Positions 1 through 9,800 of a DNA stretch of 55,013 nucleotides are shown here, piece by piece. The stretch comes from a virus (lineage: Duplodnaviria > Caudoviricetes), in the IMG/VR virus record IMGVR_UViG_3300022074_000052, positions 1 through 55,013 of that record, one strand, 5' to 3'. The translations under genes were made by a program, and so were the position numbers. Every line of letters begins with the position of its first letter. The first letter of the stretch is position 1. The notes below the pieces were generated by a model. The model worked only from the letters and a program-made list of their open reading frames with translations, ran no database searches and was not told the DNA's origin.

Positions 1-2
1 CA

Positions 3-146
3 CAATATACAAAAAATGAAGAAATGGTTAAAGCCACTATTGATGGTGTTCAAGTTAGCGTTCCTAAAGACCCTAACAACAGACACTACGCAGAGATAAT
101 GCGACAAGTAAAGGAAGGCACACTGACCATCAAGGACGCTGACTAA
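3..146 (+). CDS. Partial small tail-associated protein (putative tail fibre assembly chaperone), 5' end outside window
   Basis: Read by eye: ...QYTKNEEMVKATIDGVQVSVPKDPNNRHYAEIMRQVKEGTLTIKDAD*; its TAA overlaps the next ATG (TAATG); resembles the 'P.DP.N..Y.EI..QV..G.LTI..AD' proteins beside marine phage tail fibres. Confidence 0.6.
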   Translation, partial: QYTKNEEMVKATIDGVQVSVPKDPNNRHYAEIMRQVKEGTLTIKDAD

Positions 147-502
147 TGCTTGGCTTTAATGCCATATCAGAGGTAGCGATTGCTGACCAGCCAGGGGTTA
201 CATTATTCTTATCAGGGGTAAGTGGAACTACAGCAATAAGCGCGGTCGGAGTCGAATCGACAGGTGCTGTTAGTGTAACAGGTGTGGCAGCAACATCAGC
301 CTTTGGCAGTCTGTCTAGCGTAACAGGATCAGCGGTTGTAGCCTTAACTGGAATTTCTACTACACTTTCTCAAGGAGATGTACTAATATGGGGTGAAATC
401 CTACCTGGGATAACAACTGATTATACAAATATAACCACAGGAGCGTCACAGACGTGGACAGAAATATCAACAGGAGCTTCACAAACGTGGACAGAAATAT
501 AG
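146..502 (+). CDS. Virion structural/tail-associated protein
   Basis: Gly/Ser/Thr/Val-rich, beta-strand-like; C-terminal tandem repeat (I[TS]TGASQTWTE)x2; tail module context. Confidence 0.6.
   Translation: MLGFNAISEVAIADQPGVTLFLSGVSGTTAISAVGVESTGAVSVTGVAATSAFGSLSSVTGSAVVALTGISTTLSQGDVLIWGEILPGITTDYTNITTGASQTWTEISTGASQTWTEI
428..499 (+). repeat. 33-bp tandem repeat encoding ITTGASQTWTE / ISTGASQTWTE
   Basis: Two near-identical units, aaatataaccacaggagcgtcacagacgtggacag and aaatatcaacaggagcttcacaaacgtggacag. Confidence 0.85.
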
Positions 503-511
503 AGGTAAGGC

Positions 512-1720
512 ATGGTTTCTACATATACAGCTAACGGTGGTATTGAAAAGATTGGTTCAGGCGAACAATCTGGTACATGGGGTACAACCACAAACACAAA
601 CTTTGACATCATAGACAGGCTCACTAACGGTGTTGGGGCTATAACACTCTCAGGCACAACACACACGCTTACAACATCAGAGGGAACTTTATCTGATGGT
701 ATGTTCAAAGTATTAGTATTAGGGGGGTCACCTTCTGGCACAAATACCATAACAATTAGCCCAAATACGGCAGACAAGTTATATTTTGTGCAAAACGGCA
801 CAAGTCAGACAGCTACATTTACACAAGGTTCAGGAGCTAATGTAAGCGTTGCAGCAGGTAAAGCAGCTATTATATTCGCGGATGGGGCAGGTTCAGGGGC
901 TGCGGTTACGGACTTATCGGCCCTACTTGTTGTATCTAGTGCGATTGATGGGGTAAATGTAGGAGCTACAACCCCAGGTACAGGAGCTTTCTCTGCACTA
1001 ACAGTGGACAACGTGGTGGTGAATGGCTCCAACATAGGACACACCGATGATACAGATTTAGTGACAGTAGCAAACGGTGTTGTTACAGTAGCAGGAGAAG
1101 TTAGTGCTACAACCCTAGATATAGGTGGCACAAATATCACATCCACAGCAGCAGAGTTAAACATCCTAGATGGTGTGACGGCAACGGCTTCTGAATTAAA
1201 CATCATGGACGGTGTGACAGCGACCACGGCAGAACTAAACATCCTAGATGGTGTGACGGCAACCACAGCAGAACTAAACATTATGGACGGTGTTACGGCA
1301 ACCACAGCTGAACTTAATCACACAGATGGTGTTACTAGCAATATTCAAACACAGCTAGATTCAAAAGCAACCTCGTCGGGGGTTACCTCTGTATCAGGCA
1401 CTGATCCTATTGTTTCTTCAGGGGGTACAACTCCTGCAATATCGTTAAAAAATGACTTCATACAAAACTCATCTTCTGCAATATCGACTGGAACAACTAC
1501 AAGTTTCACGGCAAGCACTTACCCCACGTTTATTTCTGGTAGAACAACATCAACGGGAGGGGGCGATTTTACAGTAACTATTGGTGGATCAGGTCAGACA
1601 TTAAGTATGAGAGATGGCGATGGTGGCACATTTGATGTTTTTGCCACTTTACTGCCAGCAGGAGCTACGATTGCAGGCAATCAATTTACTTATTTAGCAG
1701 TGCAGTTAAGACCAGGTTGA
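512..1720 (+). CDS. Tail fibre protein
   Basis: RBS GAGG; N-terminus 'G...GTWGTTTNTNFDIID' typical of podophage fibre anchors; five 13-aa repeats TAAELNILDGVTA. Confidence 0.8.
   Translation: MVSTYTANGGIEKIGSGEQSGTWGTTTNTNFDIIDRLTNGVGAITLSGTTHTLTTSEGTLSDGMFKVLVLGGSPSGTNTITISPNTADKLYFVQNGTSQTATFTQGSGANVSVAAGKAAIIFADGAGSGAAVTDLSALLVVSSAIDGVNVGATTPGTGAFSALTVDNVVVNGSNIGHTDDTDLVTVANGVVTVAGEVSATTLDIGGTNITSTAAELNILDGVTATASELNIMDGVTATTAELNILDGVTATTAELNIMDGVTATTAELNHTDGVTSNIQTQLDSKATSSGVTSVSGTDPIVSSGGTTPAISLKNDFIQNSSSAISTGTTTSFTASTYPTFISGRTTSTGGGDFTVTIGGSGQTLSMRDGDGGTFDVFATLLPAGATIAGNQFTYLAVQLRPG
1145..1336 (+). repeat. 39-bp (13-aa) tandem repeat, about 5 copies, in tail fibre
   Basis: TAAELNILDGVTA / TASELNIMDGVTA / TTAELNILDGVTA / TTAELNIMDGVTA / TTAELNHTDGVTS. 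Confidence 0.9.
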
Positions 1721-1722
1721 TT

Positions 1723-1887
1723 ATGACAAAGGCAGATATAACAAACATACTTACTGAACTAGCTGTTTTACAGCAACAAATGCGATCTATAGAGGCAAGG
1801 GTTAGACGTTTAGAACACCTTGTTATATGGGCTTTTGGTATATACACCACAGCTACTTTAGGGGTAATTTTTAGCGGGGTTCTCTAA
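1723..1887 (+). CDS. Small coiled-coil plus single-TM membrane protein (lysis cassette)
   Basis: Not in ORF track; MTKADITNILTELAVLQQQMRSIEARVRRLEHLVIWAFGIYTTATLGVIFSGVL*; fills the gap between neighbours almost exactly. Confidence 0.7.
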   Translation: MTKADITNILTELAVLQQQMRSIEARVRRLEHLVIWAFGIYTTATLGVIFSGVL

Positions 1888-2385
1888 ATGTTTGATCCTG
1901 TAACTATATCCGCTGCTGTAGCCACAGCCAGCACGGCATTTAATGGTATAAAAAGAGCTTTTCAAGCAGGGCGTGATTTGGAATCTATGTCACAGGACTT
2001 GTCTAGATGGATGGGTGCTGTTAGTGATGTGGATGCAGCGCATAATTCTGCTAAGAACCCAACTATGTTTCGTAAAGTGTTTAGTGGTGGTACTATAGAA
2101 CAAGAGGCAATCGAAGCGTTTACGGCAAAGAAAAGGTTGGAAGAGCAGAGATACGAGTTACAACAGTTTATTAAGTTTACACACGGAACAGCGGCATGGG
2201 ATGAATTACTAAGAATGGAAGGCCAAATACGTAAGCGAAGGCAACAAGAGATATATGATAAAAAGATATTTAGAGAAAAAGTTATTGGTATCGTGGCGAT
2301 TACTGTCGTCCTTAGTGTTGGCATCGGTCTTCTTGGTCTTTTCGTCTACTCCCTTATGGGTATCGACAGAGGGTGGTTCGGGTAA
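1888..2385 (+). CDS. Hypothetical membrane-anchored protein (C-terminal TM)
   Basis: Helical N-terminal part; hydrophobic C-terminus VIGIVAITVVLSVGIGLLGLFVY. Confidence 0.75.
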   Translation: MFDPVTISAAVATASTAFNGIKRAFQAGRDLESMSQDLSRWMGAVSDVDAAHNSAKNPTMFRKVFSGGTIEQEAIEAFTAKKRLEEQRYELQQFIKFTHGTAAWDELLRMEGQIRKRRQQEIYDKKIFREKVIGIVAITVVLSVGIGLLGLFVYSLMGIDRGWFG

Positions 2386-2761
2386 TTGTGTACGTAAACA
2401 AGGCGGTCAGGAGACATTTGAATGGTTATGTGTAGAGGGAGACACAATATATCTAGCTAAATCGGACAATATAAAGAACTGTTATACGTGTTTTTTAAAA
2501 AAATTTAGCGATTGGACGTGGGATCAAGAAAAAAGAAAAGGCATTAGAGAAGACCCAAAGTATGTTACATGCAGGAGATACAAAAGAGTGAAAGCTAAGA
2601 ATGGTCAACAAGTTTGTCTATACAGAGGAGCCAATAATACTTATAGTTTAGTTGTAGAAGGCGAGTGTCCTGTTGAGTTTAGGTGTAAATACGATCCAAA
2701 CGGTAAAGAACCAAATATAGATAGTGTGGTAGATTCATTAAACGATAGTTTTAAGAGGTAA
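2255..2761 (+). CDS. Cys-rich, probably exported protein (start uncertain)
   Basis: Hydrophobic N-terminal segment followed by a domain with 8 Cys; overlaps the upstream gene in another frame; ends 1 nt before the next ATG. Confidence 0.6.
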   Translation: MIKRYLEKKLLVSWRLLSSLVLASVFLVFSSTPLWVSTEGGSGNCVRKQGGQETFEWLCVEGDTIYLAKSDNIKNCYTCFLKKFSDWTWDQEKRKGIREDPKYVTCRRYKRVKAKNGQQVCLYRGANNTYSLVVEGECPVEFRCKYDPNGKEPNIDSVVDSLNDSFKR

Positions 2762-2762
2762 A

Positions 2763-3101
2763 ATGGCGCAGAAAACATTAGAAAAAGGTTCAGTCTGGGA
2801 GAAAGCCGACACTAATGGTGATGGTATGGTAACCGATAAAGAGATGGCTATCAAAGAACGCATGGTGCTTTTAGAGAATAGAGATAAGAAAGAAGACCAA
2901 CAACGTTACCTTGTGTGGTTTTCAGCACTTACAGTAACAGCTTTTATTATAGTGCTAATGACACCCCTTGTTCCTATAGAAAGAATTGACCACCTCTCAG
3001 GCATCGCTGAAATTTGGGTATTATCTAACATGGGCGTTTTGGCCTCTTTCATCGGGTTTAACCAGCTTGCAAAGAGAGCAGATAAAGGAGAAGTAAAATG
3101 A
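2763..3101 (+). CDS. EF-hand-loop plus 2-TM membrane protein (holin/antiholin-like)
   Basis: DTNGDGMVTDKE matches the 12-residue EF-hand loop; two hydrophobic helices; immediately upstream of the holin. Confidence 0.65.
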   Translation: MAQKTLEKGSVWEKADTNGDGMVTDKEMAIKERMVLLENRDKKEDQQRYLVWFSALTVTAFIIVLMTPLVPIERIDHLSGIAEIWVLSNMGVLASFIGFNQLAKRADKGEVK

Positions 3102-3496
3102 GTTTATTAACCTCGCTTGTAGGACCTGTCACAGGGTTGCTAGACAAGTTTGTAGAAGATAAAGATCAAAAAGCTGCCTTGGCACACGAGATAGCTACTA
3201 TGGGCGAAAAACATGCGAAGGAGCTGGCACTCGCGCAAATTAAAGTAAATCAGGAGGAAGCCAAGGGAAATTGGTTTCAGTCGTCGTGGCGACCCTTGAT
3301 TGGCTGGATCTGCGGGCTGTCCCTCGCTATAAATTACCTCGTATCGCCAATCTGTGCAGGATTTGGTATAATAATACCACAAGCGGATATGAGTGTAATG
3401 ATGCCGTTATTGCTCGGAATGCTAGGAATTGCGGGAATGCGCAGTGTAGATAAGGCGTTTAAAACAGACACAAAGGGGAAACAAAATGGCGTTTAA
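3098..3496 (+). CDS. Holin (GTA-type 3TM holin family)
   Basis: 'GPVTGLLDKFVEDKD...WRPLIGW.CG...LLGMLG.AG.RS.DK' pattern; directly upstream of the endolysin. Confidence 0.85.
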   Translation: MSLLTSLVGPVTGLLDKFVEDKDQKAALAHEIATMGEKHAKELALAQIKVNQEEAKGNWFQSSWRPLIGWICGLSLAINYLVSPICAGFGIIIPQADMSVMMPLLLGMLGIAGMRSVDKAFKTDTKGKQNGV

Positions 3497-3938
3497 ATTA
3501 TCACAAAGAAGTTTAGGACGATTAGACGGAGTAAAGAATGAAATGCACTCAGTTGTTACGCATGCCATTACGGTGAGTAACGTCGATTTCGGAGTGATCT
3601 GTGGTTTAAGGACGGAAGCAGAACAGGCTGACCTTGTAGCTCGTGGAGCATCGCAAACACATAAGTCAAAACACCTTACAGGAGATGCCGTTGATTTAAT
3701 GGCGTATGTTTCTGGACGGGCGAGCTGGGAGTTGAACCTGTACGATGACATAGCCGATGCAATGAAAGAAGCAGCCGTGCGAGAAGGCGTTAAAATTAGG
3801 TGGGGTGCGGCATGGCACATAGACGATTTCCGTGATTGGGAAGGTACAGCAGAAGAAGCTATGAACGCCTACATAGACCTACGTAGATCTCAAGGTCGTC
3901 GCCCGTTCATAGATGGACCACATTTTGAGTTGATGTAA
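3486..3938 (+). CDS. Endolysin, peptidase M15 (L-Ala-D-Glu peptidase type)
   Basis: GLRT...Q; SKHLTGDAVD (SxHxxGxAxD); WG..W; DGPHFE. Confidence 0.9.
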   Translation: MAFKLSQRSLGRLDGVKNEMHSVVTHAITVSNVDFGVICGLRTEAEQADLVARGASQTHKSKHLTGDAVDLMAYVSGRASWELNLYDDIADAMKEAAVREGVKIRWGAAWHIDDFRDWEGTAEEAMNAYIDLRRSQGRRPFIDGPHFELM

Positions 3939-3942
3939 GACA

Positions 3943-5820
3943 ATGCCTCTAAAGAAGTTAGTATTTAAATCTGGTGTAGATCGTGAAAATACTCGTTATG
4001 CTAACGAGGGTGGATGGTTTGACTGTGATAAGATACGTTTTCGTCAAGGTAGCCCTGAAAAAATAGGAGGATGGACACGTATATCTACTAACACGTTTAT
4101 AGGAACAGCACGATCTCTACGTGCTTGGACAACTCTTGGTAGCATACCTTTGGTGGGTGTTGGTACACATAAAAAGTTTTATATAGAACAAGGTGGGGCG
4201 TACTATGATGTAACTCCTCTACGTAAGACCACAACGAACGCGGCCACCTTATCGGCATCAAACGGATCTACCACAATAACTGTGACGGACAATGGACATG
4301 GTGTAGGTGTAGGAGACTTCGTTACTTTCTCAGGGTTTGTAACTCTGGGAGGTAATATAACAGCGACAGTGCTGAATACAGAACATATAGTCACAGCTGT
4401 CACATCAGCAAATGTATATACGTTTACAGCTACAGCCACAGCTACGGGTAGTGACTCAGGTAATGGTACATCTGGAGCGGATGAAGTGGTGCAATACCAA
4501 GAAAATATAGGTAAAGAAGGCCAGACTCCCATCACAGGCTGGGGCGGAGGTGCATGGAACGAGTCAGGTACAACATGGAACAATAGTGGTACAACTACAT
4601 TTGGTATTCGTTTATGGCATCAACAGAACTTTGGAGAGGATCTTATAATAGGATTTAGGGGTAGTGCTTTGTACGTGTGGGACGCTACAAATAACGTTTC
4701 TACTAGAGCCGTAGCTGTAACAGGACTGGCAGGTGCATCAGGTGTGCCTACCACACACAACAATGTAGTGGTGTCCGACGTGAGTCGTTTCGTTTTCTGC
4801 TTGGGGGTTAACCCAGTAGGAAGTTCTGACATAGATCCCTTGTTGATTAGATGGTCTGACCAAGAAAGCTTAGTGGACTGGACACCTGCAGCAACAAACC
4901 AAGCAGGTAGTTTACGTCTTTCGCAAGGTTCTGAGATTGTTGCAGGGGCAAACTCACGTCAGGCTGTGTTAATTTGGACAGATGCCGCGTTATACAGCTT
5001 ACAGTATGTAGGTGCGCCCGTGGTGTGGGGGGCTACGTTGGTTGGAGAGAACATATCCATAGCCTCTAAAAATGCTGTGGCGTACGCAAACGGTGTAGCT
5101 TACTGGATGGGTACAGATAAGTTTTACAAATATGACGGTAGAACTGAAACTCTGCCCTGTAACCTACGTAGGTATGTATTTAATGATTTTAACAGCGATC
5201 AGACAGATCAAGTATTTGCAGGGACAAACGAGTCGTTTAACGAGATATGGTGGTTTTACTGTTCTGCTAGCTCTACTGTGCCAGATAGATACATCATATA
5301 TAATTACTCTGAAAACGTGTGGTATTTTGGCAACTTAACACGGACAGCATGGGTAGAGTCAGGTGCTAGAGACCATCCGTTAGCGGCTACCACCTCAAGT
5401 AATTTAGTAGAGCATGAACAGGGGCTAGATGACAACGTCACAGGCACACCTGCAGCGATAACTGCGTTTATAACCTCTGCAGACTTTGATCTTGATGATG
5501 GGCATAGGTTCTTTTTAGTAGACCGTGTGTTACCTGATGTGACTTTTGATGGGTCTACAGTGGATAATCCGTCTGTCACCTTAACACTTGACCCCCTAGA
5601 ATCTTCAGGTTCAGGTATAAAGTCCACTCCTTCTGAGGGCGGAAACAGTGATGCTACCGTAACACGTTCTGCTACAACACCTGTGGAGGCTTTTACAGAC
5701 CGCGCTGACATACGTGTTAGAGGACGACAGCTAAACTTAAAGATACAATCAGCTAGAACAGGCGTACAATGGCAGTTGGGAGCTACCCGACTCGACATGC
5801 GTCCTGATGGGAGACGATAG
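3943..5820 (+). CDS. Tail nozzle / DNA stabilisation protein (P22 gp10-like)
   Basis: 625 aa, beta-rich; 'RFRQG.PEKIGGW', 'IRWSDQE...W', C-terminal 'RVRGRQ...G..W.LG..R.D..PDGRR'; lies before the ejection proteins. Confidence 0.75.
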   Translation: MPLKKLVFKSGVDRENTRYANEGGWFDCDKIRFRQGSPEKIGGWTRISTNTFIGTARSLRAWTTLGSIPLVGVGTHKKFYIEQGGAYYDVTPLRKTTTNAATLSASNGSTTITVTDNGHGVGVGDFVTFSGFVTLGGNITATVLNTEHIVTAVTSANVYTFTATATATGSDSGNGTSGADEVVQYQENIGKEGQTPITGWGGGAWNESGTTWNNSGTTTFGIRLWHQQNFGEDLIIGFRGSALYVWDATNNVSTRAVAVTGLAGASGVPTTHNNVVVSDVSRFVFCLGVNPVGSSDIDPLLIRWSDQESLVDWTPAATNQAGSLRLSQGSEIVAGANSRQAVLIWTDAALYSLQYVGAPVVWGATLVGENISIASKNAVAYANGVAYWMGTDKFYKYDGRTETLPCNLRRYVFNDFNSDQTDQVFAGTNESFNEIWWFYCSASSTVPDRYIIYNYSENVWYFGNLTRTAWVESGARDHPLAATTSSNLVEHEQGLDDNVTGTPAAITAFITSADFDLDDGHRFFLVDRVLPDVTFDGSTVDNPSVTLTLDPLESSGSGIKSTPSEGGNSDATVTRSATTPVEAFTDRADIRVRGRQLNLKIQSARTGVQWQLGATRLDMRPDGRR

Positions 5821-6011
5821 TGCCTACATCCAAAGGAATAGATGTTCAGTTTAGATCACCTCCTCTGCCCTTACCTAGCACGGAGTATAGTAAAGAAGAG
5901 GCTATGAAGTTAAACGATGCGTTGCGTTTGTATTTTAATCAGGTTGACGAGCAGTTTAGAAAGACTGATTTAAAAAGCGAAGTCGATGCTCAATCGTGGT
6001 TCCTAGGATAA
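5820..6011 (+). CDS. Small tail-associated hypothetical protein
   Basis: Translationally coupled on both sides; 'PLP..EY......LRLYFNQ'. Confidence 0.7.
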   Translation: MPTSKGIDVQFRSPPLPLPSTEYSKEEAMKLNDALRLYFNQVDEQFRKTDLKSEVDAQSWFLG

Positions 6012-6331
6012 TGGCAAACACATTTAAAAATGCAAAAGTAGACCTATCAAGCACAAGCATAACCACGCTGTATACATGCCCTGCAAGCACCACAGCCATT
6101 GTAAAATCTATATTAGTATCTGAAGACTCAGGTAACGCTGATACTATAACATTGACCCTAACAAGTGGGTCGGATGTGTTTAGTCTTTATAAAGTAAAGG
6201 CTGTAAGTGCTAATGCCACGGTAGAACTGCTGTCTGCACCCCTCGTTGTAGATGCTTCAGAGATATTAAAGGTAACAGCAGCAACGGCTAACAGACTGCA
6301 CGTAGTAGCTAGTTTGCTAGAGGTAACGTAA
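6011..6331 (+). CDS. Small beta-rich virion protein (paralog of 54534..54860)
   Basis: Likely start ATG at 6011 (TAATG coupling), MANTFKNAK...TLYTCP...IVKSILVS. Confidence 0.7.
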   Translation: MANTFKNAKVDLSSTSITTLYTCPASTTAIVKSILVSEDSGNADTITLTLTSGSDVFSLYKVKAVSANATVELLSAPLVVDASEILKVTAATANRLHVVASLLEVT

Positions 6332-6807
6332 TGGAGCTAAAAGACAGCAAGAAAGAAAAACTAAGTTACAACCAAGTGTTGTTTGGTTCTATAGTTAATC
6401 TTAAGAGTTCAGGGCAAATACCAGAAAACATCACTATGCAACAAGCTGTGGCTACGATTCTTAAAGAGATAGAAGGTAAAAATGTGCAAACTGTGCAGAT
6501 AGGCAATAGCATATTTGTAGGTGCGTTTACCCCTGAAAAAAATAACATGTATATTAGGCTGTATAACATGGACGTGGGACGTAATGTTTTAGATAATATG
6601 TATAGGTATGTAGCCTTTTTGCAAAAAAAGGGGGTTGCTTTCGCTAGCGCACAGATAAGGAATGAAAAATTACTACCAGGGTTACGTGTGTTAAAGAAAA
6701 AACTGGAAGAAAAAGATACAAAGTTAGAGGTTGTAGAGTTAGAAAATATAGATGGGCATGCTATGTTTATTAAGTTTGGAAAAGAACCTCTTATGAAGGC
6801 TGCGTAA
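6331..6807 (+). CDS. Hypothetical protein
   Basis: 158-aa ORF with TAATG coupling at both ends. Confidence 0.7.
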   Translation: MELKDSKKEKLSYNQVLFGSIVNLKSSGQIPENITMQQAVATILKEIEGKNVQTVQIGNSIFVGAFTPEKNNMYIRLYNMDVGRNVLDNMYRYVAFLQKKGVAFASAQIRNEKLLPGLRVLKKKLEEKDTKLEVVELENIDGHAMFIKFGKEPLMKAA

Positions 6808-9800
6808 TGGTAAATTTTATACAAGAAGTAGGGGATAGAATTGGTGATGCAATTAGACCTGTTGCGGATGCAGCTGCTGATGCGTTACGTCCTGTAGGCG
6901 AAGCTATATTGAGAAGTGACGAGGTAAGAACTGTTGTAAATGTAGCAGCGGTGGCAACAGGTAACTCATGGGCTGTCCCTATTATAAACGGTGCAAAGGA
7001 TATAGATAATGGGGCTGATCCTGAAGATGTATTTAAAAATATTGCTATACAAACCGTGACCGCAGGAGTAGCAGATGCTGTAGGTGAGGTAGCTTCAGCA
7101 GCTTTGACTGACCAAATAGGTTCTACTATGGCTAACTTTGTGGCTGATACAGGTGTGAATGTAGTAACAAACGGTGGTGACATAGGTGCTGCTGTTTTTG
7201 ATGCAGGACTAAAAGGCTCTCAGATTGTCTCTAATACAACAAACACTATAGTAGACTCTTTGGGCATAGACACTTCTACTGATCTGGGTAAATCGTTAGA
7301 CAAGTCTTTAAAAACGGGTATATCAGCAGAGATTATGGGCGAAGACGGTGTAAAGGCTGCATCTATATCTGCCATATCAGACACAATCATCAATCCTGTG
7401 CTGGCAAAAGGAGAAGATTTAACTCCTGAAGCTCTTGGAGATGTATCCAAACTTGTTTCTACAGCGTTGGTCGCAGGTGCAAAGGGTGAGAATGTCTACG
7501 ATGCCATAAATCAAGAGCTAGGCAATACAGCCACAGCTGACCTACGAGATCTTGTAAAAACAAAAGTTAAGGACTTTATAGACCCTGTAGAAGAACTGCC
7601 TATGGATACAGGAGAGTTCTTGACTGAAGCAGTGCTACCTGATGCGGAGACATTAGATAAGTTTAGAGACAAACCAGATACAAGCGTTACAGAGAGCGAC
7701 TTACCTTATTCACCACAAAACTTACAAGCACCGTTTATATCAGAAGAGGAACGACAGAAGTTTTTAAATTCTACAGGTATAGATCTGGGTAAACCGTCAG
7801 ATATAGCTAAACTTATGGACGACTATGAAAAAAGAGTAAGTACTACAAGTAAATCTCTGTCAGAACAAGAAATACTAGATGACCCAAAAACTTTCAAAGG
7901 TCCTACAGGAGCAGGTATAGGGCCTGAAGTAACAGATGAAGATTATCAGAGTCAGTTAGCAGGTATATTAGGAAAAGGAGATGAAAAAGCAGATGCAGCT
8001 GCATTAAGAAAACAAGCTCTTTTAGCACCATACAAACAACTAGCTACCGATTTCGGGTTAAATTTTTCTTCAGGAGCTTTGGAAGAGTTAGCTCTATCTG
8101 CGGGAGGTACAGGCAGAGGGCTAGATGAGTTTGCAGAATTTTTAGATAGAAGCTATGGAGTTACAGGGTCTGGTCCGCTGTCTCTAGCACTTGCCGCTAC
8201 TGATGTTGTAGAAGGTTTAACGGGGTATGATGTTAATCCCATAGATAAAACTAAGTTTGCTCAAAGAACATATTTTAAAAATATGTCAGACCCAATTAAA
8301 ACCTATTTAATGGGTGAATCTGAAAATATGAAGGAGGGCATAAGTGAAGAAATGACAGAGCGGCAGAAGTTAGCTGCTCCTGCCCCTGATACCACGTTGG
8401 AACAAGTTCTTAGAGGAGAGGCAAAAGATGTTGCGGGTAGACCTTTTGGATTTGGAGATCCTCTTGCCACATTTATGAGTGCTGCTCAAGATTTACCTGA
8501 CATATTATCAGATGTTGCTCTCATAGCTATAAATCCTATAATCGGAGGAGCGGCATCGCTAGGACTAAGTGGTACATCAGCGTATGAAGACGCTGCTCAA
8601 GAAATAGAAGATAAGATAAAAAAGGCTCGTGCTAGCGGAGAACTCCAAAAGACAGACGCATATAAATTACTGGTAGAAAAAAATGGTGGGGACGAATCTA
8701 AAGCCTATGAACAGCTACAAGATTCGGCTCAAGGTTACGCAAAGATAGCAGGAACCGTTGGGGGTGTAGCAGACGCAGTATTCGGTAAGCTTGCAATCAC
8801 TTCAGGAATTAAAGATGCTGCGGGGAAAATCCCATCTGCTTTTTCTAAGGTAATCGGAGGAGCAGGAACAGAGTTTACCACAGAATATAACGAGAAGAAA
8901 TTAGCCAATCTTGGTACAAAGTTTTTAGGGACAGACCCTACAGAAGGAGCAGCGGCTGAAGGACTTTCGGCAATGGTTGCAGGGGGTACTGGGTCGTCTA
9001 TTACAGCAACTGCTGATTTAGTCAGTAAAGATATATCTCCTGCCGATAAAGAGGCTTGGATACGTACCATAATAGGAGAAGCTGCAGGAGAGTCTGACGA
9101 CGGACAGGCAGCGGTAGCTCATACTATATTAAACAGATTTAAAGACGGTAATTTTGGTGACTCTTTAAAAAATGTTGTAGAAGCTCCATATCAGTTTTCT
9201 ACATATAATAGTCTAGACCAAGGCGGTAACACACTTCACAAAAAGAGCAAAAGCAGTCCTGAGTACAAAAGAGCAGAGAAATTAACAAATGACATATTAA
9301 GTGGTAAAATAAAAGACCCTACAGAAGGAGCCACGCACTACTGGAACCCTGACGCTGCTAATCCTTCTTGGGGGGATGAAATACTATCTCAACATAAGTC
9401 TGGTGGAAAAAAGATAGACAGCCATATATTTGGAGGTAATACGAGTTCCGCGGACACAACAGATGTAGCAGAGGTTGCTGATAATATAGATAAAAAACCT
9501 ACAGTCCCTACAACATCTGTTGACGTGTTGGATACGGGTCAGGTAGACGCAGAACCTGAAGTAGACGTATCTGCAGAAGTAGTGGCTGAAATACTAAATA
9601 AACCCAAAAACTTTGTTACTGACTCAGATGTAGATGTGGTTACAGATGCTGTGGCTTCTCTTGAAACGGCCACAGATACCACTACAGATATTACTACAGA
9701 ACCCACTACTACTGTCACGCCTACCACCACCACTACCACCACTACTACCACAACACCTTCTCTTGACACTCCTGTAGCCCCTGACCAAGGGATTGCACAA

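Noticed and set aside
9700-9757. ACC/ACT trinucleotide run as a contingency locus
   Set aside because: In-frame, mixed codons encoding a Thr-rich linker; slippage would not shift the frame.
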